The notes below the pieces were generated by a model, which was given only the letters and a program-made list of their open reading frames with translations, had not been told where the DNA came from and did not search any database. Below are positions 9,812 through 19,257 of a DNA stretch of 64,000 nt, one piece after another; positions within the stretch are counted from its first letter, which is position 1; every line of letters starts with the position of its first letter. Origin of the DNA: a virus; the UHGV virus genome UHGV-0098755, one strand, 5' to 3'. The position numbers and the translations under genes were made by a program.

Positions 9812-9911
9812 AGTAAGCGTTTAATACATCAATCATTAAAACGATTGGGAATATACTCAAAACTACTAGTATTATAACTACATTCCATATAGCTTTAACA
9901 ATCTTTTTCAT
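9798..9911 (-). CDS. Membrane micro-protein (37 aa); ORF-track N-terminal extension is translated promoter
   Basis: MKKIVKAIWNVVIILVVLSIFPIVLMIDVLNAYFGFM with SD; promoter element immediately upstream. Confidence 0.4.
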   Translation of the reverse strand: MKKIVKAIWNVVIILVVLSIFPIVLMIDVLNAYFGFM

Positions 9912-10153
9912 TTCTGTTCCTCCGTAGTTGATAGGGTAATAATACCACAGAGGAACAGTCTTGTAAACAACTTTTTTAAAAATATTCGTAATAAATGTGA
10001 ATACCAACTACTACTGCTGAAACTTGTACAACCCACCATGCACAAGCAATAAGTACAGAATTCAAAATTTTCATAATAACCTCATCACAAAAGTAAATGT
10101 TAAACAAATTACTGGAATACTAATTAACCAAACAAAACACCACCATAATGAAC

Positions 10154-10426
10154 TCATAGTTCAATCTCAGCGATTTTCATTTCATTACTATTAATAGCCG
10201 CTTTAAGACTATCTGAAAGAATTACATTCCAGTGGTCATTCATATGACCATTGACTAAGCGTGTAATTTCTTCGGGAGTTGAAAAATAAGGCGTATCAGA
10301 CTCCCAGTGCGATAGTCCCAAGCGAGTATAAATCATACCTTCATCATCGCTAGAATATTCAACTGACACAAACTCATCAGTTATTTTATGTTTAGCGTAA
10401 TAAAATTTAAATTTCATTTTACTCAA
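10154..10426 (-). CDS. Hypothetical protein (90 aa)
   Basis: ORF. Confidence 0.5.
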   Translation of the reverse strand: MSKMKFKFYYAKHKITDEFVSVEYSSDDEGMIYTRLGLSHWESDTPYFSTPEEITRLVNGHMNDHWNVILSDSLKAAINSNEMKIAEIEL

Positions 10427-10629
10427 TAATCCGCTAAAAGATCGACGATTGCATCACGAAGACACTTATTCGCAATACGTTTAAGAGCAATTTCAGTTTC
10501 TGGGGCATTTTGAATAATCATTGAATTCAATTCAGCCTCAGCAAACTGAAGTTCTTTAACTAATTCAGCTTTATATTTTCCTTGTCCTTTCTTAGCTTTT
10601 GCTCGTTTTAGTTCAGCTGTAGTAAACAT
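10423..10629 (-). CDS. Hypothetical protein (68 aa from MFTTAELK)
   Basis: ORF-track 102-aa version reads through the promoter repeat. Confidence 0.5.
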   Translation of the reverse strand: MFTTAELKRAKAKKGQGKYKAELVKELQFAEAELNSMIIQNAPETEIALKRIANKCLRDAIVDLLADY

Positions 10630-10654
10630 TTTATTCTCCAAATCTGTATCAGTT

Positions 10655-10712
10655 GATAGTTGTATAGTACCACAGTCCTTGTGGTATGTAAACCGTTTTG
10701 TGAAAAATTTTT
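10655..10712 (-). promoter_or_regulatory. Early promoter, conserved repeat family
   Basis: GTTTAC at 10688-10693 (RC), spacer palindrome TACCACAGTCCTTGTGGTA. Confidence 0.55.
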
Positions 10713-11270
10713 TTAAATGGAAAGATACCATCCGTTGTAGTTGCTTTTTCTTACAACCTTACGAAGGTCTTCTCTATCACCGATGAACTTCGGAGTGTAC
10801 TGGATGACACCTGGATAAATTTCTTTAGTGTTGAATATAATTATACAGTCAGCGACTTGATGATTCAGAATGGGCCCTAGATTTATTCCAGAACCGTATG
10901 GATACTCTCCGCTGCATCCTGTTGTTACAGAAATCCAACGTGAGTCAGTTTGGTGTGTCTTAACTTCTACACGAAGCCCGCAGTATCTTGGATGCGCCAA
11001 TACATCCCATGCGTATGTATACGGGTCATTAACATCCTCTTGGCCTTTGTTAACATACCCGCTTAGCCAATCTGCTACAAAAAACTCTGCATACACAGCG
11101 ATACGGCATCTTTCGATGACTTCTGCTTTATCCTGATTTGGATTTTGTTTTAAAGAGTATCTTGCTGTATCAGCAATTTTGACCTTCATTTCACTAGTCA
11201 AGTCATTGTTCGACATGGTAAATGCCGGAATCTGAAACAGTCTCTGTAAACCCGGATTCGTTTTCTGCAT
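10713..11270 (-). CDS. denB: Endonuclease IV DenB (185 aa)
   Basis: 185 aa, position upstream of ndd block. Confidence 0.75.
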   Translation of the reverse strand: MQKTNPGLQRLFQIPAFTMSNNDLTSEMKVKIADTARYSLKQNPNQDKAEVIERCRIAVYAEFFVADWLSGYVNKGQEDVNDPYTYAWDVLAHPRYCGLRVEVKTHQTDSRWISVTTGCSGEYPYGSGINLGPILNHQVADCIIIFNTKEIYPGVIQYTPKFIGDREDLRKVVRKSNYNGWYLSI

Positions 11271-11328
11271 TGAACTTTCCTTTTACGTCGGAATCACTGA
11301 TATTCATACAATAAATCATAGTTTCCCT

Positions 11329-11352
11329 TAAAACAAAAGGGCCGAAGCCCTT
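11329..11352 (-). terminator. UUCG-tetraloop hairpin plus U-tract
   Basis: GGGC-TTCG-GCCC on - strand followed by UUUUGUUUU. Confidence 0.5.
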
Positions 11353-11355
11353 ATT

Positions 11356-11550
11356 TTATTTGAATTGCGCAATTCTTTTTTCTAAACAATCTGCGTAAGA
11401 TTTCATTGAGATGAACTGTGAAAGCAGTAATTCTTGTTCAACTTCATTAATCGTTAGAAACTTTGTGCTTTCTAAAAATTTGCTCAGTGCATTAATTTTG
11501 AGCATTAATTGATCGTATTCTTCTTTTACTCGTGCTTGATAACCTAACAT
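11356..11550 (-). CDS. Hypothetical protein (64 aa)
   Basis: ORF with SD. Confidence 0.5.
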   Translation of the reverse strand: MLGYQARVKEEYDQLMLKINALSKFLESTKFLTINEVEQELLLSQFISMKSYADCLEKRIAQFK

Positions 11551-11578
11551 AATTTTCCTTAGTTAAGGGCCGAAGCCC

Positions 11579-12517
11579 TTATTTAAATTGTTCAGTAACG
11601 TCTTCAACTACTTCGTATTGGCAGGTACGCATTTTAGCATCGTTGTAATCAATCGGAATTGATACTACATCACGCGGATGCACTTTAACTTTTACAACTC
11701 GACTGGTTGAACTGCCAAAGTGACGAATATAAGATTTAGAACACACATGCAGACCACGAGAACAAGTTTGTGTATCATCGTCATTCACACGAGTACGTGG
11801 CATTTTAACTACTTTACCCGGACTGTTATCAAAGGTGTTTGAGTGACAGTCAAAGTAGTTGTCACGAACTACTTTCCAAGCATAGAAGTAACCATCTTCG
11901 GTGATTTCAATATCGTTTGCTACCAAGAAATCAAAGAGTCGAGATACCGCTTTTTGGCTTGGGTTTTCCAACAGATTTTCCAAGAACGGAAAATAAAATT
12001 CAAAGTTTTCACCTTTTTCCATCGAATCGAGAATACGATCAACTAAACCAGACCGCAATTCAATATTTTGATAGAACAAGCTTCCACCTTCAATTCGAAC
12101 ATCACCAGAAATATATTTTTCAACAGCGCGACGAACATTAATTTTTTGCGCAGCTTCTTCCAACTTATCTGCTACAAGCAGATTAAGAATTTCCTGGAAG
12201 TTTGAATGAGTATTAGGAGTTGCGTTATAAGTTACACCGTCAACAGTAATTGAAATGAATTTTTTAGATGCATTCCAAATAATATCAGATTTAGCAACTG
12301 GAGCAATAACTGCATCGCTATTAACTTTAACTGTAATATCACCGCTAATAGTAACTTTGGAACGCTCAGCTTCTTCAGCATTTTTCAAAACACGACGGAT
12401 GGTGTCAACCGATACACCTTGCCAATCAGCCAATTCCTGCTGAGTATAATTACCACTTGAATACAGTTTAACAATTTCAGCTTGTTCGTTTTTGGTCAGG
12501 CATTTAATATTGTACAT
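11579..12517 (-). CDS. rIIB: rIIB protein (312 aa)
   Basis: 312 aa, downstream of rIIA. Confidence 0.9.
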   Translation of the reverse strand: MYNIKCLTKNEQAEIVKLYSSGNYTQQELADWQGVSVDTIRRVLKNAEEAERSKVTISGDITVKVNSDAVIAPVAKSDIIWNASKKFISITVDGVTYNATPNTHSNFQEILNLLVADKLEEAAQKINVRRAVEKYISGDVRIEGGSLFYQNIELRSGLVDRILDSMEKGENFEFYFPFLENLLENPSQKAVSRLFDFLVANDIEITEDGYFYAWKVVRDNYFDCHSNTFDNSPGKVVKMPRTRVNDDDTQTCSRGLHVCSKSYIRHFGSSTSRVVKVKVHPRDVVSIPIDYNDAKMRTCQYEVVEDVTEQFK

Positions 12518-12528
12518 AATTTTCCTTA

Positions 12529-14706
12529 TTAGGCCGCAAGGGCCTTCATAGTTTTAGCGATTTGAGAAACTTCATCATCACTTAAAGAGTTGCGATAACC
12601 GATGAAGTCGGAAACAATACGGAATTTCTTGGTAAACTCAGCAACCATTTTATCACTGTTTTTTGAAGCATTACGTGATAATTCATCAAAAAGATTAGTT
12701 ACTGTCCAGATGTCATGACCGATGGTACCTTTTCCACCGTTGAAATATATACCCTGCAATGAACTAACCATATTACCAAGGCGAGTATATTCTTCGGAAA
12801 CTTCATCTACACTGAAGTACTTCATCATAAAATCTAGTTCAGGATACTTAATAATTTTATCAATATATCGTTTAGCTGAACTTGAATAACCTACATACTT
12901 ATCATAATCTACATCATCAAAAGCATCTACATATAAATCACGCAAAGTTTCAAAAATACATTGGCACTGACCAAGTTCTTTTACCTTTTTCTGCAAAAGC
13001 GGACGAATAACATAAAATTCATTAATGCCAATAAGATTAGCCATACGAATCAAAATATTCGTAGATGGATGACAAAGCGATGTAGTGCCATCCATAGAGA
13101 AAATATCAGAACGATGCATGTATGCTACATAACCAGTAATTTCATCTGCTTCTGACGTAAGTGTAAACAGTTCCTCTTTTTCCCAGCGCCCGTCTTTAAT
13201 TTCAAACTTAAACGCAGTAGCAGCTTTAGGACGAGGAGCTTTACTTTTAACTGCCTTCGGAATATAACTTTTAACTAAAGCTTCAATTTCTGACAAATAA
13301 TGAATGTTAACTTCATCACTTTCAAACATTGCCATAATATCAGGGAGTAAATCAATCTGCGATTCTACTTCCGGATTAATAAACAGAAGACGCTCATTAT
13401 GATGAATATTCAAAGTGTTATTAAATTCACTATCATCTAACGCATGTGCTAATCCACGGACAATATTAACACGATTTTTAATATTATCAATAACGATATT
13501 AATTTTTGTTGTATTAATGCCAAACAGACGATAACTTGATGCAATGGCTGAAGTTTCATGGCTTTGCTTAATGCGTTTCAGTCGAGGGTCAAGATTTACT
13601 TCATACACAACCCCTGCATTACATAACTTACTGTCAGGTTCAAACATGCTCTGCATCTTCTTATATGACAGATTTTTAGTCGTGAATTTGACTGAATTGC
13701 TAATCATATAATCTCGAGCAGAATATCCCATCTTCATCAATTCACGGTATGTATGACGAGGAGATGTAGATTCTTTAAATCGTTTTACATCTTCATTAAA
13801 TGCTTTCTCACTGAGCTCTTTAACACGCTCAATAATATTTTTACGAGTACGATCATCTAATGAAAGAGCTTCGCGTGATGGAGCAATATCAAGTGAACCC
13901 ATTGGAAACTTAATGTAATTCACTTCATTGCGGATGCTTAACCAGTTACGATCTCTAATAACACCATCAATAGGATAAACAATGCCGCCATAGATAGCAT
14001 ACAATCCACCGCGATCAGGCCAGTATCTTTCTGGATTTACGCCGTAATAGTCATCAAAATCCGGAAAATAATCAATTTCGCGGTCAAGACCATTAATGAT
14101 AGCCAAATCTTTGAACGGTCGCATGATATAAGAAACTTCATAAGCAAAGTTTCTAAAGTCTTTTTCTTCAACTGGAACTACGATTTCAATACCAGTTTTA
14201 TCATCTGGACCCATTTCTTTTACGAATGTAGGTTTAATCTGCGGACCGTCACCATCCATGTAAGCTACATAACCACGAATTTCGCCTTTATGATATGAAG
14301 TAATACTAAATGTATCAGTATAACTAAACGGAGATTTAGAACCTAAACCAAATCCACCAATGAAATCGTTAGATTCAGCCTTGGATGAACTAAAGTATGA
14401 ATTATACAACCCAGGAGAATTATCATCACCCTGAATATCAAAATCGCTCATACCTGGACCAAAATCACGACAAACAAATCGCGGGTCTAATCGTCCGGGA
14501 ACTTGAATGATAAATTTTTCAGGATTTCCATTGAGAGCATGGGCATCAATCATATTAGTAATCAATTCACGGACTACTGCGCGAATCTTGTTTGTATACA
14601 AATCAGATGATAGAATTTTAAATACTTTAGGAGATGCTGTGATGCTAAATGCTTTTGATTTAGAACCATTACCAAGAATTGTTTCTTTTTCAGTGGTGAT
14701 AATCAT
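12529..14706 (-). CDS. rIIA: rIIA protein (725 aa)
   Basis: 725 aa, GHKL-like ATPase N-terminus. Confidence 0.9.
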   Translation of the reverse strand: MIITTEKETILGNGSKSKAFSITASPKVFKILSSDLYTNKIRAVVRELITNMIDAHALNGNPEKFIIQVPGRLDPRFVCRDFGPGMSDFDIQGDDNSPGLYNSYFSSSKAESNDFIGGFGLGSKSPFSYTDTFSITSYHKGEIRGYVAYMDGDGPQIKPTFVKEMGPDDKTGIEIVVPVEEKDFRNFAYEVSYIMRPFKDLAIINGLDREIDYFPDFDDYYGVNPERYWPDRGGLYAIYGGIVYPIDGVIRDRNWLSIRNEVNYIKFPMGSLDIAPSREALSLDDRTRKNIIERVKELSEKAFNEDVKRFKESTSPRHTYRELMKMGYSARDYMISNSVKFTTKNLSYKKMQSMFEPDSKLCNAGVVYEVNLDPRLKRIKQSHETSAIASSYRLFGINTTKINIVIDNIKNRVNIVRGLAHALDDSEFNNTLNIHHNERLLFINPEVESQIDLLPDIMAMFESDEVNIHYLSEIEALVKSYIPKAVKSKAPRPKAATAFKFEIKDGRWEKEELFTLTSEADEITGYVAYMHRSDIFSMDGTTSLCHPSTNILIRMANLIGINEFYVIRPLLQKKVKELGQCQCIFETLRDLYVDAFDDVDYDKYVGYSSSAKRYIDKIIKYPELDFMMKYFSVDEVSEEYTRLGNMVSSLQGIYFNGGKGTIGHDIWTVTNLFDELSRNASKNSDKMVAEFTKKFRIVSDFIGYRNSLSDDEVSQIAKTMKALAA

Positions 14707-14716
14707 AATTTCCTCA

Positions 14717-14920
14717 TTAATTCATATTGCGTTTAATAACTTCAGCAACTTCTAGTAGTTCATCTTTAGTTGCAGTGTCGGATTGAATTTTATCTCTAAT
14801 ATCCTTAAAGCGGTTTTTAAACTCTTCGGCTTCTCCCATATCGAAAAAGCGTTGAATGATTCTATATTCTCGATGAACTGCTTTATCAAAAAGTTCTAAA
14901 TTTACTCTATATGATTTCAT
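14717..14920 (-). CDS. Hypothetical protein rIIA.1 (67 aa)
   Basis: ORF between 39 and rIIA. Confidence 0.55.
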   Translation of the reverse strand: MKSYRVNLELFDKAVHREYRIIQRFFDMGEAEEFKNRFKDIRDKIQSDTATKDELLEVAEVIKRNMN

Positions 14921-14939
14921 TTCAATATCCTCATTTGCC

Positions 14940-14980
14940 CAATTAATTATACCACATCCTTGTGGTAAAGTAAACTATTG
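14940..14980 (-). promoter_or_regulatory. Early promoter GTTTAC-N-TGTGGTATAAT with palindromic spacer
   Basis: RC reads GTTTACTTTACCACAAGGATGTGGTATAAT. Confidence 0.6.
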
Positions 14981-16795
14981 GCTCATCCATTCTTTACGAA
15001 GGTCAGCATTATCTCCCATGAGCATTTCAAAAAGTTCTTTCCAATTCTCAGGAAGTTTAACAACATCATATACTGGATTTTGAATCATCTCACGATATTC
15101 AGATTTTTCCAAAGAGCCAAGTCCCTTAATATAACGGATGTTATGTTTAGGTAGAGCATCTTTGGCACTCTCATATTCAGCGACTGTATAAAACCATTCT
15201 TGTTTTTTACCGACCTGAGCGATGATTACAGGAGTTTTGACAAAGCGAATTCTTCCTTGTTCAAACAGTTCTGGCCAATTACTGAAAAATCCGAGCAGAG
15301 AAGGATAAATGCTTCCTAGACCATCGTGGTCAGCGTCAGTCATAATAGCAATATTATGATAATTCAAGTTTTCGGCTTTTTCACCAAGAACTAATCCAGT
15401 GATTGCGCAAATATCAAACAGTTCTTTGTTTTTAAGCATATCAGCATATGACATACCCCAACTGTTGAGAACTTTACCACGTAATGGATAACCACCATGA
15501 AGTTCTTTATCACGAACATCAATAAGATATCCAATAGCAGAATCACCCTCAGTCAAGAAAAGAGTAGTATCAGCATCTTTACCACAAAGATTCGCTTTGA
15601 TATGTTTATGAACCTTAGCTTTAGAAGCCTTTTTAGCTGCTTTAGTTTCTGCTGCTTTTTCTGCCGCCAATTTACGAGCTAATGCTGCTTCAATAATCGG
15701 CATCAAAATCGCTTCATTATTCAAAATAGCACGTGAAATCTTTTTAGCATCAAGTTGAATATGACTACGGATTTCACCAAAAGGAGAAGTAAGTCGTTCT
15801 TTAGTTTGAGAATCAAATCGCATGTTTTTCATATCACGAACAAACATAACGATAGTCAAACATTCTTTAACGCGTGCTTTAGTTACATCAATTTTGAACT
15901 TGCGTTTGATTTGTGGAATAAGGTCTTCACAAATATCATCCATAACACAGTCAATGTGATGGCCACCATTCTTAGTATGAATGTTATTGACGTACGTCAA
16001 CTGACGAAAACCATCCGGTGAACGACCAACCGCAATAGAACAGTTTTCTTGTTCTTGAACGATAGCATGTTCATCATATTGGCGTGCATATTTCTTAAAA
16101 TTACCCTGAACCTTTTTACCATTAAAGGTAAATTGAATATCAGGATAAACTACTGCAAGTGTCTGGAGACGATCCAGTGTAATGTCAAGATAAACTTGGG
16201 ACAACTCATTAGTTTCAAATGACATAAAATCAGGAATGAAAGTAACACGAGTTCCTTTCCATTTTCCAGGAATATCTTCCCATGATTTATTTTCCATGCC
16301 ATTTGAACAACGAACTACAATATTATTTTGACCATCACCAGTTTCACCGACAAACATCACAGAAAAAATGTTTGTCAAACTAGAACCAACACCATTCATA
16401 CCGCCAGTGACGCGTTCTTTATCATCACCGAAGTTACCACCTGCTTTTGGAATAGTCCATGCAGCAACAGGACCAGGAATTTCTTCACCGGTAGGTGTTT
16501 TAACCATAGCCTGTGGAATACCGCGACCGTTATCTTCAACTGTTACTTGATTGTTTTTAATAGTAACATTAATTTTATTTGCGAATTTAAACTTAGTACG
16601 AATACCTTCATCTACTGAGTTATCGATAATTTCATCAATAAGCTTAACAAGACCAGGTACATACTGAACACTTTCCCATTTACCAAACAGAAAGCGCTCA
16701 TGCATTTCATTAGCTGAAGAGCCAATGTACATGCCGCTACGCTTTTTGATATGTTCAATATCGCTCAGAATTTTAATTTCATTCTTAATCATCAC
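14975..16795 (-). CDS. 39: DNA topoisomerase II large (ATPase) subunit, uninterrupted gene 39 (606 aa)
   Basis: GyrB-like GHKL ATPase plus TOPRIM in one ORF; no gene 60 split. Confidence 0.85.
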   Translation of the reverse strand: MMIKNEIKILSDIEHIKKRSGMYIGSSANEMHERFLFGKWESVQYVPGLVKLIDEIIDNSVDEGIRTKFKFANKINVTIKNNQVTVEDNGRGIPQAMVKTPTGEEIPGPVAAWTIPKAGGNFGDDKERVTGGMNGVGSSLTNIFSVMFVGETGDGQNNIVVRCSNGMENKSWEDIPGKWKGTRVTFIPDFMSFETNELSQVYLDITLDRLQTLAVVYPDIQFTFNGKKVQGNFKKYARQYDEHAIVQEQENCSIAVGRSPDGFRQLTYVNNIHTKNGGHHIDCVMDDICEDLIPQIKRKFKIDVTKARVKECLTIVMFVRDMKNMRFDSQTKERLTSPFGEIRSHIQLDAKKISRAILNNEAILMPIIEAALARKLAAEKAAETKAAKKASKAKVHKHIKANLCGKDADTTLFLTEGDSAIGYLIDVRDKELHGGYPLRGKVLNSWGMSYADMLKNKELFDICAITGLVLGEKAENLNYHNIAIMTDADHDGLGSIYPSLLGFFSNWPELFEQGRIRFVKTPVIIAQVGKKQEWFYTVAEYESAKDALPKHNIRYIKGLGSLEKSEYREMIQNPVYDVVKLPENWKELFEMLMGDNADLRKEWMSQ

Positions 16796-16814
16796 TTATC
16801 CTCGTTTGGTTTCG

Positions 16815-16846
16815 GGAATATTATACTCCAATAATCATAAAGCTAA
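16815..16846 (-). promoter_or_regulatory. Middle promoter (MotA box AGCTTTA, 12 bp, TATAAT) for gene 39
   Basis: RC: TTTAGCTTTATGATTATTGGAGTATAAT. Confidence 0.5.
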
Positions 16847-16861
16847 AGGCCCGAAGGCCTT

Positions 16862-17131
16862 TTATTTAAAACGAATAGTCGAATCCTTGAAGAATAGTCC
16901 AGAACATACTGTTCCTTCTACTTTCTGCCCAGTAGGTCCAATAGCACGAAATCCAGTATGCTGGAAATCATTTTCAGAGCAACCGAACCAATTATATCCA
17001 GTGATTTCAATATTAGTAAAACCACTTGAAGACAAAACTTTGGTTGCATTATCAGCATCAGTACATCCTATTAAAGACACTGCTAATACTAATGCTGCAA
17101 TAGAACGATTAATATATTTCATAATTTTCAC
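16862..17131 (-). CDS. Lipoprotein (89 aa), 39.1 position
   Basis: Signal peptide with lipobox LIGC. Confidence 0.6.
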   Translation of the reverse strand: MKIMKYINRSIAALVLAVSLIGCTDADNATKVLSSSGFTNIEITGYNWFGCSENDFQHTGFRAIGPTGQKVEGTVCSGLFFKDSTIRFK

Positions 17132-17499
17132 TTAAATTTAATGGCTTGAAGAAGACTAATAACTCTCAAGCGGCTTCTTTCATCTTTAACTGTAAAGGAA
17201 AGAGGGTCACCAGATTTCATAGTGATAGTGCATTCAAAATCAAAATTTTCGGGAACTTCTTCGAAGAAGTCAAATTCTTCAGCATAAATTAGAACATTAC
17301 TCTGAAAACTGTGAAGAATTTTTCCGTCATTTCCAGATGCTGTACTAATCATCGTAACATTATGACCTTTCATATCTTCAACGATAAATTCGCTTGTAGA
17401 TATTACAGCATTAATAGAACCATTCCTATAAATAGCAGACATTAGATATTTCTTTTCTTCGCCTTCGCGAATACGATATTTCTTACCGATTTTAAACAT
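17128..17499 (-). CDS. Hypothetical protein (about 123 aa from ATG at 17499)
   Basis: ORF; track start at 17505 is GTG. Confidence 0.5.
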   Translation of the reverse strand: MFKIGKKYRIREGEEKKYLMSAIYRNGSINAVISTSEFIVEDMKGHNVTMISTASGNDGKILHSFQSNVLIYAEEFDFFEEVPENFDFECTITMKSGDPLSFTVKDERSRLRVISLLQAIKFK

Positions 17500-17501
17500 A
17501 A

Positions 17502-17678
17502 TCACCCTTTAAGTAAGTCGTAAAATCCACCATTCACATGCTTAGGAGCGGAAACTAACCGAATAGCAATCCGATGACAATCAGGACATACATCAGTATC
17601 CCTTTCAGAAATTTTCTTGATTTTTTCGTATTCTTTTGCGCAGTCTTTGGATTGACATTTATAATCATAAAGAGGCAT
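17502..17678 (-). CDS. FmdB-like zinc-ribbon micro-protein (58 aa)
   Basis: Hand-translated MPLYDYKCQSKDCAKEYEK...CPDCHRIAIRLVSAP; two Cys pairs. Confidence 0.5.
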   Translation of the reverse strand: MPLYDYKCQSKDCAKEYEKIKKISERDTDVCPDCHRIAIRLVSAPKHVNGGFYDLLKG

Positions 17679-17680
17679 AA

Positions 17681-18100
17681 TTATTCCTTAAAGTGAGCTT
17701 TCAACATCTGATACAATGACCATGCCTGTTCATTATTTTCAATAGTAACTTTCATTACCGGGAATTCTGTGAAATCTTCTATTTGTTCTTGCTCTTCCTG
17801 CTCTTGTTCTTCAGCAGCCTGATATGGATTTTCAACTTCATCAAAGAACCCAGCTTCGTTAGTAGAGAGCCAGATAAAGTTTTCGTCAAGGATATCACCG
17901 CCGGCACAACGTTTGAGTACACCTATGGATGTCATAATTTTAGTAGGACGCCCAAGATAATCAGCATCTAAAATTTTAAAAGGCTCCATACCTAAACGTC
18001 GTGCATAGATTCCGTTATCAGTATGGTCTTTAATAAAATTTTCTTGAGCTTGTTTATTTTTAAATTGATACCATTTATTAACTTCAAATTTAATAGCCAT
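17681..18100 (-). CDS. Hypothetical acidic protein (139 aa), goF position
   Basis: ORF with [10 protein letters not shown] stretch. Confidence 0.45.
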   Translation of the reverse strand: MAIKFEVNKWYQFKNKQAQENFIKDHTDNGIYARRLGMEPFKILDADYLGRPTKIMTSIGVLKRCAGGDILDENFIWLSTNEAGFFDEVENPYQAAEEQEQEEQEQIEDFTEFPVMKVTIENNEQAWSLYQMLKAHFKE

Positions 18101-18315
18101 TAATAAATTTCCTTCCAGTAAGTTGTGCCGTCTTCAGTAATTTCACGAAATACACCGTAAATTGGCTGTTTATCACCGACTTTCTCATACACATAAACCG
18201 AAGTCAAGTGAGTAAACTTGCTAGTGTGTTCCTTTTGAACTACTACCAAATTTGGATCAAATAATACATCTTCAAATTCGTCATTAGTGCAATTCTGAAC
18301 AATTTTACGTTTCAT
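18100..18315 (-). CDS. Hypothetical protein (71 aa), cef position
   Basis: ORF. Confidence 0.45.
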   Translation of the reverse strand: MKRKIVQNCTNDEFEDVLFDPNLVVVQKEHTSKFTHLTSVYVYEKVGDKQPIYGVFREITEDGTTYWKEIY

Positions 18316-18328
18316 TACAATTTCCTCA

Positions 18329-18607
18329 TTAATTGAACAGTGGAGCGATACGTTTCAGAAGAGTAGCAGCACCTTTGGCGAATTTTACATCATGAAAAAC
18401 AGTTTCTTCTGTAACAACTCGAGCTTTAATATTTTCACAATCCCAATTTTTACGAACAATCTTCAAAAGCTGCAGTAAATCTTTACATTCAGCAATATCG
18501 ATAACACATCCACGAGAATCTTCCATTATCGCACGATAACCGTAAGCCATACCATAATCGTTGAAAGATTGCTCGATGATAATTAAGTTTTCCATTTTAT
18601 TCTCCAA
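18329..18607 (-). CDS. Hypothetical protein (92 aa)
   Basis: ORF. Confidence 0.5.
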   Translation of the reverse strand: MENKMENLIIIEQSFNDYGMAYGYRAIMEDSRGCVIDIAECKDLLQLLKIVRKNWDCENIKARVVTEETVFHDVKFAKGAATLLKRIAPLFN

Positions 18608-18692
18608 GTTATTTTCTGTATCAGTAGTTGATATTGATATAGTACCATAATCAACTACTGATGTATATAGTTTTATGAAAAAAATTTAAACT

Positions 18693-19181
18693 TTATGCAT
18701 AGAGAGCATTGCTATAGTGTTTAATCCAACTTTCAGGAATGACTTTGTATGTTCCTAAAAATACCACATTGTACAGCTTAACACCATCTTCTACCCATTG
18801 ATCGGTAATGTATCCACACATAGCACGAGTATAAACAACCCTTCCATCGTCTTTGATAAAGTTAAATTCACAAGGAGCAATGAACTTAATAGCTTGACCG
18901 AGTTTCCACTTAAAGTCTACACCTACATGCGAAGTATCAATCGTTTCAATTCCTTTAGCAGGAACAGCTTTCAAAAACGCAGATTCAAGAAATTTCGCAC
19001 GAACATAGCCAAACTGGGGTTTAGACTTTCCATCTTTAGGAATGATACGCACTTTTACTTCAGAATCTTCATCTTTAACACCGTGTTTAAGCTGAATGCT
19101 TACAATTTCGACCAATTTTCCTGCTGCTTTAGAACGGGATTTATCAGATACACGAGCTAATTCACCAATATTAATAATCAT
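18693..19181 (-). CDS. motB: MotB-like protein (162 aa)
   Basis: 162 aa at T4 motB position. Confidence 0.5.
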   Translation of the reverse strand: MIINIGELARVSDKSRSKAAGKLVEIVSIQLKHGVKDEDSEVKVRIIPKDGKSKPQFGYVRAKFLESAFLKAVPAKGIETIDTSHVGVDFKWKLGQAIKFIAPCEFNFIKDDGRVVYTRAMCGYITDQWVEDGVKLYNVVFLGTYKVIPESWIKHYSNALYA

Positions 19182-19257
19182 AGTTATCTCTCACTTGTTA
19201 AAAAGATTTTATACTTCACGGGACCATTATACTCTGGTCCCAAGAGTTTGTAAACTA

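Noticed and set aside
14706-14975. Search for the gene 60 translational bypass element and a mobA ORF between rIIA and gene 39
   Set aside because: Only the 67-aa rIIA.1 ORF and a promoter are present, and gene 39 is continuous, so there is no bypass cassette.
10870-16618. + strand ORFs inside denB, rIIB, rIIA and gene 39 (e.g. 10870-11136, 11843-12443, 12961-13155, 15497-16618)
   Set aside because: Antisense shadow ORFs within conserved genes; no independent support.
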